Shown piece by piece: positions 63,529 to 64,000 of a DNA stretch of 64,000 bases. The DNA is from Bacillales bacterium (GTDB lineage Bacteria; Bacillota_I; Bacilli_A; RF39; UBA660): positions 79,186-143,185 of the forward strand of contig JAEEKI010000019.1 in NCBI GenBank assembly GCA_016282375.1. The letters are read 5' to 3'. The notes below the pieces were generated by a model. It had not been told where the DNA came from. It worked only from the letters and a program-made list of their open reading frames with translations, and searched no databases. The position numbers were made by a program, and so were the translations under genes. Within the stretch, counting starts at the first letter, position 1; each line of letters begins with the position of its first letter.

Positions 63529-63603
63529 GCGGGTATCGTATAGCGATTATTATATGAGCTTCCCAAGCTTGAGATGAGGGTTTGACTCCCTTTACCCGCT
63601 CCA
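63529..63603 (+). tRNA. tRNA-Gly (CCC), non-canonical D/T-loop
   Basis: Perfect acceptor GCGGGTA/TACCCGC, U73, encoded CCA, anticodon arm TGAGC-TTCCCAA-GCTTG. The D-loop AGCGATTA lacks GG and the T-loop is TTTGACT (U at position 56). Confidence 0.7.
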
Positions 63604-63735
63604 AAGTAATGCTTATAAAAAAAATCAATTTAAAAAGCTGATTTTTTTTGTGCTTTTTTAATGCACATGCTCTCACTAATAGCAATGATAAAGAAAAATA
63701 TATCGACAATCATTCAAAAATTGTAATAATAATTC

Positions 63736-63945
63736 CTAATGTTGGAACAAATTGTTCTTCTTACTCTTTTTATCTAACAAATAAATAATAATGCTAGTAA
63801 TTAAAGCAATACCTAAAAATACACAATAAACTATAAAAGCAACTAAACTAAAAATAAATTCACCCATGTAAGATAGTCCAGGCAATGAATTAAAAAAATG
63901 CAATAAGAAACCTGTTATTAAGATTAACAATGCCTCAATAAACAA
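63736..63945 (-). CDS. small two-TM membrane protein
   Basis: 69 aa, hydrophobic, ending in KKSKKNN. TTG start, weak evidence. Confidence 0.35.
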   Translation of the reverse strand: MFIEALLILITGFLLHFFNSLPGLSYMGEFIFSLVAFIVYCVFLGIALITSIIIYLLDKKSKKNNLFQH

Positions 63946-64000
63946 CAGAATTACCCATTTAAATTTTCGCTTTATACATTTAACATAGCCAGCAATTAAG

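Noticed and set aside
63509-63709. 66-aa minus-strand ORF.
   Set aside because: It overlaps the tRNA-Gly(CCC) gene, its promoter and its downstream stem-loop. It has no RBS and is a shadow ORF.
1-64000. Mollicutes-type genetic code (UGA = Trp), considered because of the extreme AT content and Erysipelotrichia-like gene set.
   Set aside because: TGA terminates well-supported genes (for example MscS at 32613-32615 and recU at 47618-47620). Conserved Trp positions in LeuRS, PBP1A and others are encoded by TGG. Long ORFs are intact under code 11.
1-64000. CRISPR arrays, IS elements, prophage or rRNA operons.
   Set aside because: I saw no regularly spaced direct repeats, no transposase/integrase/terminase-like ORFs and no rRNA-like GC-rich blocks. 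The only tandem repeat is the in-frame PSNTTPS tract.

Overview
Very AT-rich chromosomal segment of a low-GC, probably spore-forming Firmicute. The Erysipelotrichia/Clostridia-like assignment is my inference from gene content and codon style, not a computed result. The window is dominated by housekeeping genes, mostly on the minus strand, with Bacillus-like local synteny: rnpB-gpsB, recU-ponA, dnaD-nth, scpA-scpB, rlmB-sigH-like and rodZ-like-pgsA.

Confident calls are leuS and thrS (each behind a T-box leader), trpS, mraY, two tandem murE paralogues, uppP, trmB, cca, rpoZ, pgsA, a GH31 hydrolase, a GH25 muramidase lipoprotein, MscS, SPFH, SDR, DagK-like kinase, two PlsC-family acyltransferases, RNase P RNA and eight solitary tRNA genes. 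I saw no transposase, integrase, CRISPR array or rRNA. The standard genetic code applies, since TGA is used as a stop.

The items most worth a second look are:
- a translationally coupled E2/CAT-fold (His-to-Glu) + adenylating enzyme + PlsC-like cassette;
- tandem MurE paralogues with different position-3 specificity motifs (DDPH versus DNPR);
- three solitary tRNAs with non-canonical core features: Gly-CCC lacking G19:C56, Ala-UGC with C32C33, and His with A-1/U73;
- a Leu T-box that first controls a small membrane ORF overlapping leuS;
- a tRNA-Gly-adjacent class II Fic gene with a 15-bp inverted-repeat operator, next to a beta-helix surface protein;
- a stand-alone Clp NBD1-like AAA+ ATPase without a pore-loop tyrosine;
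- a 38-codon micro-ORF coupled to a 413-aa Cys/His-rich protein;
- a short Cys motif shared by two large surface proteins.

All functional assignments rest on motifs read by eye. No database search was run.
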